Of a stretch of 41,815 bases of DNA, positions 24,852 through 34,176 are shown in pieces. The notes under the pieces were generated by a model, which saw only the letters and a program-made list of their open reading frames with translations, did not search any database and was not told the DNA's origin. Both the position numbers and the translations under genes were made by a program. The stretch is from Candidatus Latescibacterota bacterium. GTDB lineage: Bacteria; Latescibacterota; UBA2968; UBA8231. The stretch lies in assembly GCA_041661365.1 (NCBI GenBank), contig JBAZUN010000002.1:1-41815 (forward strand). The letters run 5' to 3'. The stretch's first letter is position 1. Each line of letters begins with the position of its first letter.

Positions 24852-26603
24852 TCAGAGGGTCAGCCGGTAGAGGGTGGTGCCGCCGGCCACGTAGACCTCG
24901 CCCGCCGGGGTGACGGCCATGGTGTTCACCTGTCCCGGCAGCTCGCCGGCAAAAACCCGCGTGCCACTCAGCGGATCGAGCAGCCACAACTGACTGCCGC
25001 AGAACAGGGCCGCCTGCCCCGAGGGCAGGGCCGCCAGGTAGTGGCAGGGGGTTTCCAGCTCCACGGCCCGCTCGAAGCGGAGCTGCGCGGGGTCGAAGAT
25101 CTCGATGCGCTGATCCACGGACAGGGCCACCTTGCCGTTGACCGCGGCCACGCCCTTGAGCGCCACGCCGACCGGGAACTGGTGCTTCCAGACCAGGCGC
25201 CCCTCGGGACTCCAGACCCCGAAATGCAGCGGCTCTTCCTTGGCCGGCAGGCCGTTGGCCCCGCCGCTGGTGATGAAGTAGAGATACTGCCGGTCCGCGG
25301 CCAGACCGACGATGGCCTGGGCCGGCATCGGGTCGTACCAGCTCGTCATCTCCAGGGTGCGGCTGTCGATGCGGGAGAGCCCGCCGCCGTAGGTGCCGTA
25401 CCGGGCCATCCAGCCGGTCCAGAAGTGGCCGTCCGGTCCGACCACGCTGCGACCGGCCGGCCGGATCAGCTCTGGCCCCACCGGCTGCAGGGTGCGGGGG
25501 TTGAGGTTGTTGATCTGGTCCCAGGGCTGGGTCGGGTCGTAGACCACGTGGTCGCCGCCCGAGTAGCAGGCCAGGAAGAGCCGGCCGTCGATCTCGGCCA
25601 GGCCGTAGACCTCGCCGCCGTTGTTGCAGACCACCTGGGAGTTCCACGGCTCAGCCGCGGCCGGGTCGTGGCAGAAGATGGTCTGGCCGAACCCGGCCGG
25701 GCCCCAGATGCGACCGGCCGCGTCGGCGATGATGGTGAGGATGTGGGTGGCCGGCCTGGGCGCGGGAATCGGCTGGAGCAGGGGCGCGACCTCGCTGCCG
25801 TCGTCGAGGTAGTACTCCTGCCCCCGGGTGGCCAGGGCGCGGCCGTCGGCCAGGCCGATGGAGAAGCTCATCCCCGAGTACCGGGCCGGTCGACCAGCCG
25901 GAGTCAAGCGGCCGCTGAGGTCGCCCTCCAGGTGCTCGAGCGTGTGCAGGTCGTAGAAGTCCAGCTCACTGCCGGTCTGCAGGCAGAGGAAGTCCTTGTT
26001 GATCTCCTTGACCGAGGCCCCGGGTCGGCCGAAGCGGCGCCAGGTGCGGCTCTCCATGGACCACAATGACAGGTGGGACTCGGCCGAGCCGCAGGAGATC
26101 AGGATATGCCCCGGGATACCACCGTAGACCAGGCGGCTGTACATGTTGTCCGGGTGGTCCGAGACCCGGCCCAGGTTTTCCAGGGTGCGGCGCTCGGGGT
26201 CGTACCGCAGGAGCACGCACCCGGGCCAGGTACCGCCGTAGACCAGACCGTCGGACCCCAGGCAGAGGTTCCAGATGTACTGCTCCCGCTCGTCGCGCAG
26301 CGGGGCGTCCCACTGCCGTGTGGCCAGGTCGAGGGAGTGCAGGTACCCGTACTGGCCGCAGGTGCCGATGAGGAGCCGCTCGTCGCGCCAGTTGAGCACG
26401 GCCCAGGCCCCGTTGTCGCCGGGCAGGTCCAGGGCCTCGCCGGTTCCGGTGGCCGGGTCGACGAGGACGATGCTGCCGATGGCGCCGGAGGCGAAGTTCG
26501 ACAGCACCACCTTCTCGCGATCACCGTCGCGCGGGTCGTTGAGCTTGGCGATGCCGAGGATCTGGAAGTTGCGGCAGGGCTGACCGATTGGCTGGCAGTT
26601 CAC
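24852..26603 (-). CDS. cytoplasmic beta-propeller repeat protein (583 aa), function unknown
   Basis: Many blade-like repeats (LVYGGTWPGCVLLRYDP, GRIWGPAGFGQTIFCHDP, GRLFLACYSGGDHVVYDP, YLYFITSGG, EVYVAGGTTLYRL). GTG start with GAGG upstream. No signal peptide. Confidence 0.75.
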   Translation of the reverse strand: MNCQPIGQPCRNFQILGIAKLNDPRDGDREKVVLSNFASGAIGSIVLVDPATGTGEALDLPGDNGAWAVLNWRDERLLIGTCGQYGYLHSLDLATRQWDAPLRDEREQYIWNLCLGSDGLVYGGTWPGCVLLRYDPERRTLENLGRVSDHPDNMYSRLVYGGIPGHILISCGSAESHLSLWSMESRTWRRFGRPGASVKEINKDFLCLQTGSELDFYDLHTLEHLEGDLSGRLTPAGRPARYSGMSFSIGLADGRALATRGQEYYLDDGSEVAPLLQPIPAPRPATHILTIIADAAGRIWGPAGFGQTIFCHDPAAAEPWNSQVVCNNGGEVYGLAEIDGRLFLACYSGGDHVVYDPTQPWDQINNLNPRTLQPVGPELIRPAGRSVVGPDGHFWTGWMARYGTYGGGLSRIDSRTLEMTSWYDPMPAQAIVGLAADRQYLYFITSGGANGLPAKEEPLHFGVWSPEGRLVWKHQFPVGVALKGVAAVNGKVALSVDQRIEIFDPAQLRFERAVELETPCHYLAALPSGQAALFCGSQLWLLDPLSGTRVFAGELPGQVNTMAVTPAGEVYVAGGTTLYRLTL

Positions 26604-26643
26604 CGGGCAGTTACCTCGGGTGAAGGGTGAAACGGTCCCGGGC

Positions 26644-27438
26644 CTAGAAATCTCGAGTGTATCCGGCGGTCCAGCCGCCGTCGACCGGCAGCACCGCGCC
26701 GTTGACGTAGCTGGCCTCGGGCGAGACCAGGAAGAGCACGGCGTGGGCGATCTCCGCCGGTTCGCCCGGCCGGCCGAGCGGCACGTGGGCCAGCATGGCC
26801 TGGGCCTTCTCGCTGTAGCTGCCGCCCGGACCGTAGAACAGGGCCCGGGTGCCGGCCGTCAGGGTGGAGCCCGGCGCCACGCAGTTGGTCAGGATCCCGT
26901 GCGGTCCCAGTTCGAGGGCCATGGAGCGGGTGAGGTTGACCACCCCGGCCTTGGCCGCGACGTACCCCGACTGCAGGCGCAACGGCACCAGGCCGGCGAT
27001 CGAGGCGATGTTGACGATCCGGCCGGAGGGCTGGCGCAGGATGGCCGGGATCACCGCCTTGCTGACCGTGAAGACGCCGGTCAGGTCGACCTGGATGATC
27101 CGGTTCCAGTCCTCGGTGGAGTACTCGTGGATCGGCTTCCGGTTGCCGCTGGTGTTGATCCCGGCGTTGTTGACCAGGATGTCGATCCGCGACCAGCGCG
27201 CGAGGATCTCGGCCACCACCGCTTCCATGCGAGCCGCGTCGGTCACGTTGGCGGTCCAGGCCGCGGCCTGCTGTCCCGCGGCCGTCACCTCGGCTGCAGC
27301 CTTGGCCGCGGCATCGCCGTCGAGGTCGAGGATGGCCACGAGAGCCCCGTTGGCCGCCAGGTCGTCGACGATCGCCCGGCCGATCCCGTTCCCGCCGCCG
27401 GTCACCACGGCCACCTGGTTCTTCAGGTCGACTTGCAT
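26644..27438 (-). CDS. SDR family oxidoreductase (FabG/KduD-like)
   Basis: VTGGGNGIGRA (TGxxxGxG), NNAGI, YVAAKAG (YxxxK). Confidence 0.9.
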   Translation of the reverse strand: MQVDLKNQVAVVTGGGNGIGRAIVDDLAANGALVAILDLDGDAAAKAAAEVTAAGQQAAAWTANVTDAARMEAVVAEILARWSRIDILVNNAGINTSGNRKPIHEYSTEDWNRIIQVDLTGVFTVSKAVIPAILRQPSGRIVNIASIAGLVPLRLQSGYVAAKAGVVNLTRSMALELGPHGILTNCVAPGSTLTAGTRALFYGPGGSYSEKAQAMLAHVPLGRPGEPAEIAHAVLFLVSPEASYVNGAVLPVDGGWTAGYTRDF

Positions 27439-27441
27439 GGC

Positions 27442-27891
27442 TCATCCCTCGCTTTCGACCAGCTCGAGGCTGATCGGCGTGAGCTGGCGCAGGTTGTCGG
27501 AGACTGGGCAGCGCGCGTCCACCTCGTGGAGAAAGGCGCGCTTCTGCTCGGCCGTCAGGTCAGCGTCGATGCGGGCCTGCACGGTGATCCCGGTGAAACC
27601 GGCCCGGGCGTCGCGGGACTTGCCCAGCAGCACGTCGACGTCGAGGTCACCGGCCACGGTCACCTCGAGACCGCGCAGGGCGATCTTCTGCTGGTGGGCC
27701 GCGATCCGGGCGATCGAGGCGATGCACCCGGCCAGGCTGCAGAAGAGGAGCTCGAGCGGGGTCGGACCGGTGTCGGTGCCGCCCTGATTTTTGGGCTGAT
27801 CGATGCAGACCAGGTGGTCGCGGACGCGGCTCTCGATCCGCATCCCCGCTCCCAGGGTGGCGCTGACCCGCACTTCCTTGACGGTGGCCAT
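27442..27891 (-). CDS. OsmC/Ohr family protein
   Basis: PTPLELLFCSLAGC and ARCPVSDNL, the two conserved Cys contexts of OsmC. Confidence 0.85.
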   Translation of the reverse strand: MATVKEVRVSATLGAGMRIESRVRDHLVCIDQPKNQGGTDTGPTPLELLFCSLAGCIASIARIAAHQQKIALRGLEVTVAGDLDVDVLLGKSRDARAGFTGITVQARIDADLTAEQKRAFLHEVDARCPVSDNLRQLTPISLELVESEG

Positions 27892-27909
27892 GGTTCCTCC
27901 TTTCGGGAT

Positions 27910-28584
27910 TCAGACGGCGGATCGCCGCGCCGCGGCGATGGTGACCAGCAGTTGCTCGGCGGCGGCCTGGAGGTCGGCCATGCGACCTTCCTCGTACGCC
28001 GGCGTGGCCAGCCCGTTGGCCAGCACGGTGACGACGCTGGCGCCGGCGCGGATGTAGTCGCCCACGTTCCCCAGGTTGATCCCGCCGGCCGCCATCAGCC
28101 GCACCCCGGGGAAGGGACCGACGACCTCGGCGAAGAAGCCCGGCCCCACGGCCGAGGCCGGGAAGACCTTGATGACGTCGGCCCCGGCCCGCAGGGCCAG
28201 CATGATCTCGGTCGGCGTGACCGCCCCGACGACGCTGACCACGCCGAGCCGGCGGCAGGCGGCCACCACCTCGGGGCAGAACCCCGGGCCGGCGATGAAG
28301 GAGGCACCGGCCTGCACGGCCAGCTCCACGGTGCCGGGGTCCATCACCGTGCCGGCCCCGACCGCGCAGCCGGCCGACAGCTCGGAGGCGGCCCGGTGCA
28401 CCAGGGCCAGGGCGTCGGGCATGGTCAGGGTGTATTCGATGCAGGAGATCCCGGCCTCGCAGTAGGCCTGACTGGCCGCCATCAGGTGGTCTAGCTGGTG
28501 GGTGCGGAAGACCGGTAGCAGGCCCGGGCCGCACATCCGCTCGATCAGCTCCTCGCGCTCCATCGGTTTCTCTCTTCTCTTCAT
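27910..28584 (-). CDS. KDPG/KHG (Eda-type) class I aldolase family protein
   Basis: IEYTLTMPDA, GAGTV, DVIKVFPA (Schiff-base Lys context), MAAGGI. An alternative ATG start exists at 28563. Confidence 0.85.
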   Translation of the reverse strand: MKRREKPMEREELIERMCGPGLLPVFRTHQLDHLMAASQAYCEAGISCIEYTLTMPDALALVHRAASELSAGCAVGAGTVMDPGTVELAVQAGASFIAGPGFCPEVVAACRRLGVVSVVGAVTPTEIMLALRAGADVIKVFPASAVGPGFFAEVVGPFPGVRLMAAGGINLGNVGDYIRAGASVVTVLANGLATPAYEEGRMADLQAAAEQLLVTIAAARRSAV

Positions 28585-28599
28585 TCGTGTTGTTCGTGT

Positions 28600-29799
28600 C
28601 TACTGTTCGTGGCAGGCCCGGAACAGGGCCTCGATATTGGGCAGCGGGATCTCCGGGGTCAAGACGTTCGAGGGGCCCACCAGGTAGGCGTGGTTGCCGG
28701 CCCGGCCCAGCAGGTCCACGGTGTGGCGCACGGCGGCGCGCACCTGGGCCGGGGTCTGCCGCGCGATCTCCTGGTCGCTCAGACCGCCGCAAAGGGCCAC
28801 CCGGCCGCCGAACTCGCGGGCCAGGGCCGCCAGGTCCATGGCCTCGGGCTGTAGCGGATCGAGTACGTCGATCCCGGCGTCGATCAGGTCGCCGACGATC
28901 GCCGTCACGTTGCCGCAACTGTGGAAGATCACGTCCAGCCCGACCTGGTGGGCCTGGTCGAAGATCCGGCGGTACCGGCCGAGGAAGAACCGTCGCCACA
29001 TCTCCGGGGAGATCATCAGGGCCTGCTGCGTGCCCCAGTCCTCGCTCATGAACAGGCCGTCCACCCCGGGCAGGCGGCCCCAGGCGCGGACGATCTCGAG
29101 GTAGTACTCCGTAAGGGCGTCGAGCAGCCGCTCGCTCTCCCGGGGGTGGAGGCACAGGTCCTCGAGGGTATTCTCGAAGCCCCGCAGGCAGTGCATCCGC
29201 TCGAAGAGCATCAGGTGGGTCATGCCGGCGAAGTACTGCTTGCCGCCGAAGCGTCGGAGGGAGGGGAGGACCCCGTCGAGCCGGCCCGGTAGTCGTGGGT
29301 CCGGCATCCGGGTCAGGTAGGACTCCAGCTCGCTCCAGTCAGGCAGGGGCGCGGCCACGGTCGAGGCGCCTACCCCGCCGGCCGCGTGTCGCCAGCGGGT
29401 GCCCCACTCGTCGGTCCACTCGGCCTCCCGGGTCAGGGCCGCGACCAGGTCCACGGCCTCCGGGTCGTCGGGCCGCTGGTACCCCAGGAAGATGTCGTAC
29501 GGCTGGGCAAAGACCACGTCGTCGGGGTACGCGGCGAACAGCTCGATCAGGGCCTTGCCGTGGCGCAGGATGACGTCGAGGGACAACCGCCGCAGCCGCA
29601 CCGGACAGCGGGGACCGCCGCGCCGGTGCAGGACTTGCTGCACCCAATCGCGACCGGCCGGCTGGGCCTCCATGCCGCGGTTGACCGCCTCGTTGAAGCG
29701 GTCGATGGCGGCCCGGACCTGGGCCGCCGGGAGCGGCGAAGGCTCAGGTATAGGTGCCGAGCCGCAGTCCCTGTTCGACGAAGTACCGGTAGGTGTCAT
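28600..29799 (-). CDS. URO-D superfamily protein, MtaA-like (HSCG motif), paralog B
   Basis: IFHSCGNVTAIVGDLIDAGIDVLDPLQPE core. ATG 29799 overlaps the upstream gene by 56 nt; ATG 29673 (MEAQPAG...) is an alternative start. Confidence 0.75.
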   Translation of the reverse strand: MTPTGTSSNRDCGSAPIPEPSPLPAAQVRAAIDRFNEAVNRGMEAQPAGRDWVQQVLHRRGGPRCPVRLRRLSLDVILRHGKALIELFAAYPDDVVFAQPYDIFLGYQRPDDPEAVDLVAALTREAEWTDEWGTRWRHAAGGVGASTVAAPLPDWSELESYLTRMPDPRLPGRLDGVLPSLRRFGGKQYFAGMTHLMLFERMHCLRGFENTLEDLCLHPRESERLLDALTEYYLEIVRAWGRLPGVDGLFMSEDWGTQQALMISPEMWRRFFLGRYRRIFDQAHQVGLDVIFHSCGNVTAIVGDLIDAGIDVLDPLQPEAMDLAALAREFGGRVALCGGLSDQEIARQTPAQVRAAVRHTVDLLGRAGNHAYLVGPSNVLTPEIPLPNIEALFRACHEQ

Positions 29800-30853
29800 A
29801 GTCCACCTGGTCGGGAACGGAGTGATCGACCTGCAGCACGTACCCGCTGCCGGCCATGGCCGCGGGGACCTTGGCCTCCAGCTCGGCCCGGACCGCGCCC
29901 AGGTCGTTGGTCACCAGCACCCGTGCGTCCATGCCGCCGATCAGGGCCAGCCGGTCGCCGTACTCGCGCTTGAGGCGGACCAGGTCCATGCCGGCCTTGG
30001 CCTCCAGCGGCTGCAGACAGTCGATGCCCGCTTCGAGCAGGGCCGGCAGCAGGGCGAGGATGCGGCCGTCGCTGTGAAGGATGACCTTCAGCCCGCGCTG
30101 GTGGGCAAAGCCGAACAGCCGCCGGTGCGCCGGGAAGATCAGCTCGCGATACATGGCCGGGGACATGAACGGCCCGTTGGCGAACCCCAGGTCGTCCCAC
30201 ACCCACATCCCGTCGGGCAGCCCCTCGCGCGCGAAGAGTATCTCCAGCAGCTCGATGGTCAGCTCTCCGTAGAGATCGGCCATGGTGCGCACCCATTCCG
30301 GGTCCAGGGCCATCCCGGCCAGCAGGTGCTCGTGGCCGCACATCAGGGTCATCAGGTCAAAGGCGCCGACCACCCCACAGGCCAGGAAACGCTGATCCTG
30401 GTCGCATTGCCGGCGGGCCTGCCGGTACAGCTCGAGGTTGATCCGCCTTTCGAGCTGACCACGGTCGCGCAGTCGGGGCTCGAGCTGGTGCTCCCACCCG
30501 GCCCGGTCCCGCACCAGGAAGTCCACGTGCTCGGGTGCGCCCGAGACCCCCTTGGGCCAGCGGAGCACGGCGCCGTTCCCGTCGCGGACCAGGCGGGTGG
30601 TCGCCGTCTCCTCGAGGACCTGCTCCCCGGCGTCCAGGTCGGCGACCAAGTCGAGGAGCTTCCCCGAGATGGAGAGGGCGCCGCTGCTTCGCCTGAGGTC
30701 GAGGTCGAAGTGGTCCTCGATCGCCTCGCCGGGCGGGAGATGACCCTCGGCGGTCCAGCGTCGGGCGGTATCGGCCCAGAAGACCTCGAACAGGCCGATC
30801 CGGTCCACCGGCTCGTGGGCCAGGATCCGGCGGATCCGCTCGCGGCTGGTCAC
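29744..30853 (-). CDS. URO-D superfamily protein, paralog A (HSDG in place of HSCG)
   Basis: RERIRRILAHEPVDRIGLFE N-terminus; ILHSDGRILALLPALLEAGIDCLQPLE core. The GTG start overlaps the Ldh_2 TGA (GTGA). Confidence 0.8.
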   Translation of the reverse strand: MTSRERIRRILAHEPVDRIGLFEVFWADTARRWTAEGHLPPGEAIEDHFDLDLRRSSGALSISGKLLDLVADLDAGEQVLEETATTRLVRDGNGAVLRWPKGVSGAPEHVDFLVRDRAGWEHQLEPRLRDRGQLERRINLELYRQARRQCDQDQRFLACGVVGAFDLMTLMCGHEHLLAGMALDPEWVRTMADLYGELTIELLEILFAREGLPDGMWVWDDLGFANGPFMSPAMYRELIFPAHRRLFGFAHQRGLKVILHSDGRILALLPALLEAGIDCLQPLEAKAGMDLVRLKREYGDRLALIGGMDARVLVTNDLGAVRAELEAKVPAAMAGSGYVLQVDHSVPDQVDYDTYRYFVEQGLRLGTYT

Positions 30854-31917
30854 AGCCAGGCCGGCGCGATCAGGCCCAGGTCGGCCACCAGCCCGCGCAG
30901 GCTGTCGCGCACGTCGGACGGCAGGTCGATCCCCTGCTTCAGGGCCCGCTGCCTGGCCTCCCACTCCTTCTCCCCGGGGAGCCAGATCCGCTCCTGGCCC
31001 TTGGCCTTGGGCGCCTGCCGGATCTCGCGGATCAGGGCATCCATCCGCCGACGGTACTGATCGAGGGGGATGAAAGCCCCCACGTCGAGGGCCAGGAAGG
31101 CGTGCCCGTGGTCGGTGGGCAAGGAGGGGTCGCTGTCGATCCAGCTCCCGATGGCCCCGGTCAGGCTCGCGCCGCTGAGCAGTCCGGAGAGAACCTCGAT
31201 CATCAGGGCCAGGCCGTACCCCTTGTGACCGGCCATCGGGGTCAGCGAGGCCTGGTACGGGTAGAGGTTCGGATCCAGGGTCGGCACCCCCTCGTGGTCG
31301 ACCAGCCAAGTCGCCGGGATCGGCTGATTGAAGGTTGCGGCGATGCGGATCTTCCCCCCGGCCACGGCCGCGGTCGAGACGTCGAGGAGGATCGGTGGCT
31401 CCTCTCCGGCCGGGGCGGCAAAGGCGAACGGGTTGCTCCCCAGGACCGGGCCACGCGAACCGGGCGCGGTGACGCTGGCCGTGTCGCTGGCCATGGCCTG
31501 ACCGACCATCCCGTGATGAACGGCGAGCTGGGCATAGTACCCGGCCGCGCCGAAGTGGCAACTGTTTTTAACCGTGGCAAAGCCGATCCCGCAGGCCTTG
31601 GCCTTGGCGATGGCCGTCTCCATGGCGAAGATCGCGGTGACCATGCCGATGGAGGAGTTGCCGTCGACCACGGCCCAGGCCGGACCCTGGCGGACCACGA
31701 CCGGCCGACCTCGTGGATTAAGACCGCCCCCGCGCAAGCGCCGGGCGTACCCCCGCAGGCTCTTGGTGCCGTGGGTGAACACGCCCCAGGTGTCGGTGGT
31801 GACCAGCACCTCGGTGGCGGTCCGGGCGTCCTCGGGACTCAGGCCGCAGAGGGTGAGGGCCTCGAGGGCCAGCCCTTCCAGGGCCGCGACCGGGACGGGA
31901 CCGGACTTCGCATCCAT
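30850..31917 (-). CDS. Ldh_2 family dehydrogenase (malate / L-sulfolactate / ureidoglycolate / diketogulonate reductase family)
   Basis: GVFTHGTKSLRGYARRL, NSCHFGAAGYYA, GSNPFAFAAP, AGHKGYGLALMIEVLSG. Confidence 0.85.
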   Translation of the reverse strand: MDAKSGPVPVAALEGLALEALTLCGLSPEDARTATEVLVTTDTWGVFTHGTKSLRGYARRLRGGGLNPRGRPVVVRQGPAWAVVDGNSSIGMVTAIFAMETAIAKAKACGIGFATVKNSCHFGAAGYYAQLAVHHGMVGQAMASDTASVTAPGSRGPVLGSNPFAFAAPAGEEPPILLDVSTAAVAGGKIRIAATFNQPIPATWLVDHEGVPTLDPNLYPYQASLTPMAGHKGYGLALMIEVLSGLLSGASLTGAIGSWIDSDPSLPTDHGHAFLALDVGAFIPLDQYRRRMDALIREIRQAPKAKGQERIWLPGEKEWEARQRALKQGIDLPSDVRDSLRGLVADLGLIAPAWL

Positions 31918-31950
31918 CGCGTTGATGTCCTTCTCGAAATCACCAACAAC

Positions 31951-32925
31951 TCAGACGACGCCGTTGACCACGTTGACCGCCGGCTCGTCCCTCAGGGCCC
32001 GGGCCACGGCCTGGGCCGCGCTGGTCCGCAGGGCACGCACGGCCTGCACCGTGGCCGAGGCCACGTGGGACGAGACCACCACCTGGTCCAGGCTCCGTAG
32101 CGGGTGGTCCTTCGGCAGGGGCTCGGGACTGGTCACGTCGAGCGCGGCGCCGGCGATCCGGCCGCTGTTCAGCGCGGCCACCAGGTCGTCGGTGATCACC
32201 AGGTCGCCCCGGCTGGCGTTGACCAGCAGCACCCCGGGCTTCATCCGGCTGATGGCCTGGGCGTCGATCATCCCGCGGGTCTGGGGCGTGCTGGGGCAGT
32301 GCAGGGAGACCAGGTCGCTTTCGGCCAGCAGTTGGTCCAGAGCCACCGGCTCGGCCCCGGCCTGCTGAATCGCCTTGGCCGGGACCAGGGGATCGTGCAC
32401 CAGCAGGCGGCACTTGTGCGGCCGGAGCCGGGCCGCCACCTCCCGGCCGATCCGGCCGAAGGCCACCAGCCCCACGGTCATGTACTTGAGGGCGCGCAGT
32501 TGCTCCAGGGAGCCGGCCAAGCCCCAGCCGCCGCCGCGGAAGAGCAGGTGTCCGGGCACGACCTGCCGCACCAGGGTCAGGATCAGGGCCAGGGTGTGGT
32601 CAGCCACCTCGTCGATGCAGTAGTCCGGGACGTTGCAGACCGGGATGCGGCGCTCGGCCGCCGCGGTCAGGTCGACGTTGTCCACGCCGATCCCGTACCG
32701 GACGATGACCCGGCACTGCTTCATGGCGGCGATGGCCTGGGCCTTGACCGGGGCGAACTGGGTCAGCACCGCGTCGGCGTCAGCGACCAGCGTCGCGACC
32801 TCGGCCTCGGTGCGGCACTGGGCCGGCACCAACCGGCAGCCCAAGGGACTGAGTACCTCCTCCTCCAGGTCGAACGGCCCGAAGGTGGCATCGGTGATGG
32901 CGACCTTCCACGTCGGCTTGTTCAT
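31951..32925 (-). CDS. D-isomer-specific 2-hydroxyacid dehydrogenase family protein
   Basis: VGLVAFGRIGREVA (NAD fold), LVNASRGDLV, AALDV, SSHVAS (R/E/H triad contexts). The ATG overlaps the E2 TGA (ATGA). Confidence 0.85.
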   Translation of the reverse strand: MNKPTWKVAITDATFGPFDLEEEVLSPLGCRLVPAQCRTEAEVATLVADADAVLTQFAPVKAQAIAAMKQCRVIVRYGIGVDNVDLTAAAERRIPVCNVPDYCIDEVADHTLALILTLVRQVVPGHLLFRGGGWGLAGSLEQLRALKYMTVGLVAFGRIGREVAARLRPHKCRLLVHDPLVPAKAIQQAGAEPVALDQLLAESDLVSLHCPSTPQTRGMIDAQAISRMKPGVLLVNASRGDLVITDDLVAALNSGRIAGAALDVTSPEPLPKDHPLRSLDQVVVSSHVASATVQAVRALRTSAAQAVARALRDEPAVNVVNGVV

Positions 32926-34166
32926 GGGATCAACCTCGCTCCAGGGTTCTCGACCAGGACCCGGACCCGCTCCAGGAAGCGGGCCGCCGGGCCGCCGTCG
33001 ACGATGCGGTGATCGAAGGTCAGGCTTAGCCAGAGCCGGTCGCGCGGCACCACCGCGTCCCCCACCACCGCGGCCTGCCGGGTGATGCGGCCCACCCCGA
33101 GGATGGCGCACTCCGGGGCATTGATGATCGGGGTGAAGGCATCGATCCCCATGGGGCCGAGGTTCGACACGGTGAAGGTGCCGCCGCCCATCTCCTCGCT
33201 GGCCAGTCGCCGGCTGCGGGCCCGGTCGATCAGGTCGCGCGAGCGGGCCGCCACCTCGCGCAGGGTCAGGCCCGGCACGTCGCGGATCACCGGCACCACC
33301 AGGCCGGCCTCGGTGTCGACCGCGACCCCGACGTGGATCCCGCCGCAGAGCACGATCCGCTCGCCGGTCCACCGCGAGTTGAGCTGCGGGTGCTCGGCCA
33401 GGGCCACCGCGACCAGCTTGATCAGGATGTCGGTGAAGCTGGGCAGCGGCTCGCCGTCGGTCGCCAGGGCCTTGAGCTGGGTCCGCAGGCTGACCAGGTG
33501 GGTGGCGTCGGCCTGGACCATCAGGGTGACCGCGGCCGTGGCGGTCTGGCTCTGCATCATCTTCTCGGCGATCATCCGTCGGGCCGTACTAACCGGCACC
33601 TCGCGGTCCGGCGACGCGGTGAAGCGACGACCATCCGCGGGTACAACCGGGGAGCCGCCACCTGCAGTCGCTGCGGCGCGGACGTCCCGCTCGCGGATCC
33701 GGCCGGACCTGCCCGAGCCGGTCACCACGGCCAAGTCCACGCTTAGCTCCGCGGCCAGGCGGGCTGCCCGGGGCGAGACCGGAACCGTTGGTCGGATCGT
33801 GGGTGCTGGCCCTAAGGCAACCGGTTCGGTCGCGGTCGTGCCGCCGGCAGCAGGAGCTCCCTCTGCCTCGCTCGGTTCCGCGGCAGGACGGACCGGGAGC
33901 GGACCGGCGGGCGGCTCTTCACCGGCCGCGAGCAGGTACCCCAGCACCTGACCGACCGGGATCATGTCCCCTTCGGCCGGACTGCCGGGCGGGATGCACA
34001 GCAGGCCGCTGTCCGTGGCCTCGACCTCCTGCACCGCCTTCTCGGTCTCCAGGGAGAAGAGCGGCTCCCCGGCCTTGACCTGCTCGCCGTCCTGCTTGAG
34101 CCACTGGACAAAGACCCCCTCGTCCATGGACCAACCCAGGCGGGGGAGCGTGATCTCGATGGCCAT
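32922..34166 (-). CDS. 2-oxoacid dehydrogenase complex E2 (dihydrolipoyl acyltransferase)
   Basis: Lipoyl domain (LFSLETEKAVQEVEA), E3/E1-binding domain (PRAARLAAELSVDLAVVTGSGRSGRIRERDV), catalytic FDHRIVDGGPAARFL. AGGAAG RBS. Confidence 0.9.
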   Translation of the reverse strand: MAIEITLPRLGWSMDEGVFVQWLKQDGEQVKAGEPLFSLETEKAVQEVEATDSGLLCIPPGSPAEGDMIPVGQVLGYLLAAGEEPPAGPLPVRPAAEPSEAEGAPAAGGTTATEPVALGPAPTIRPTVPVSPRAARLAAELSVDLAVVTGSGRSGRIRERDVRAAATAGGGSPVVPADGRRFTASPDREVPVSTARRMIAEKMMQSQTATAAVTLMVQADATHLVSLRTQLKALATDGEPLPSFTDILIKLVAVALAEHPQLNSRWTGERIVLCGGIHVGVAVDTEAGLVVPVIRDVPGLTLREVAARSRDLIDRARSRRLASEEMGGGTFTVSNLGPMGIDAFTPIINAPECAILGVGRITRQAAVVGDAVVPRDRLWLSLTFDHRIVDGGPAARFLERVRVLVENPGARLIP

Positions 34167-34176
34167 ATCCCTTCCT

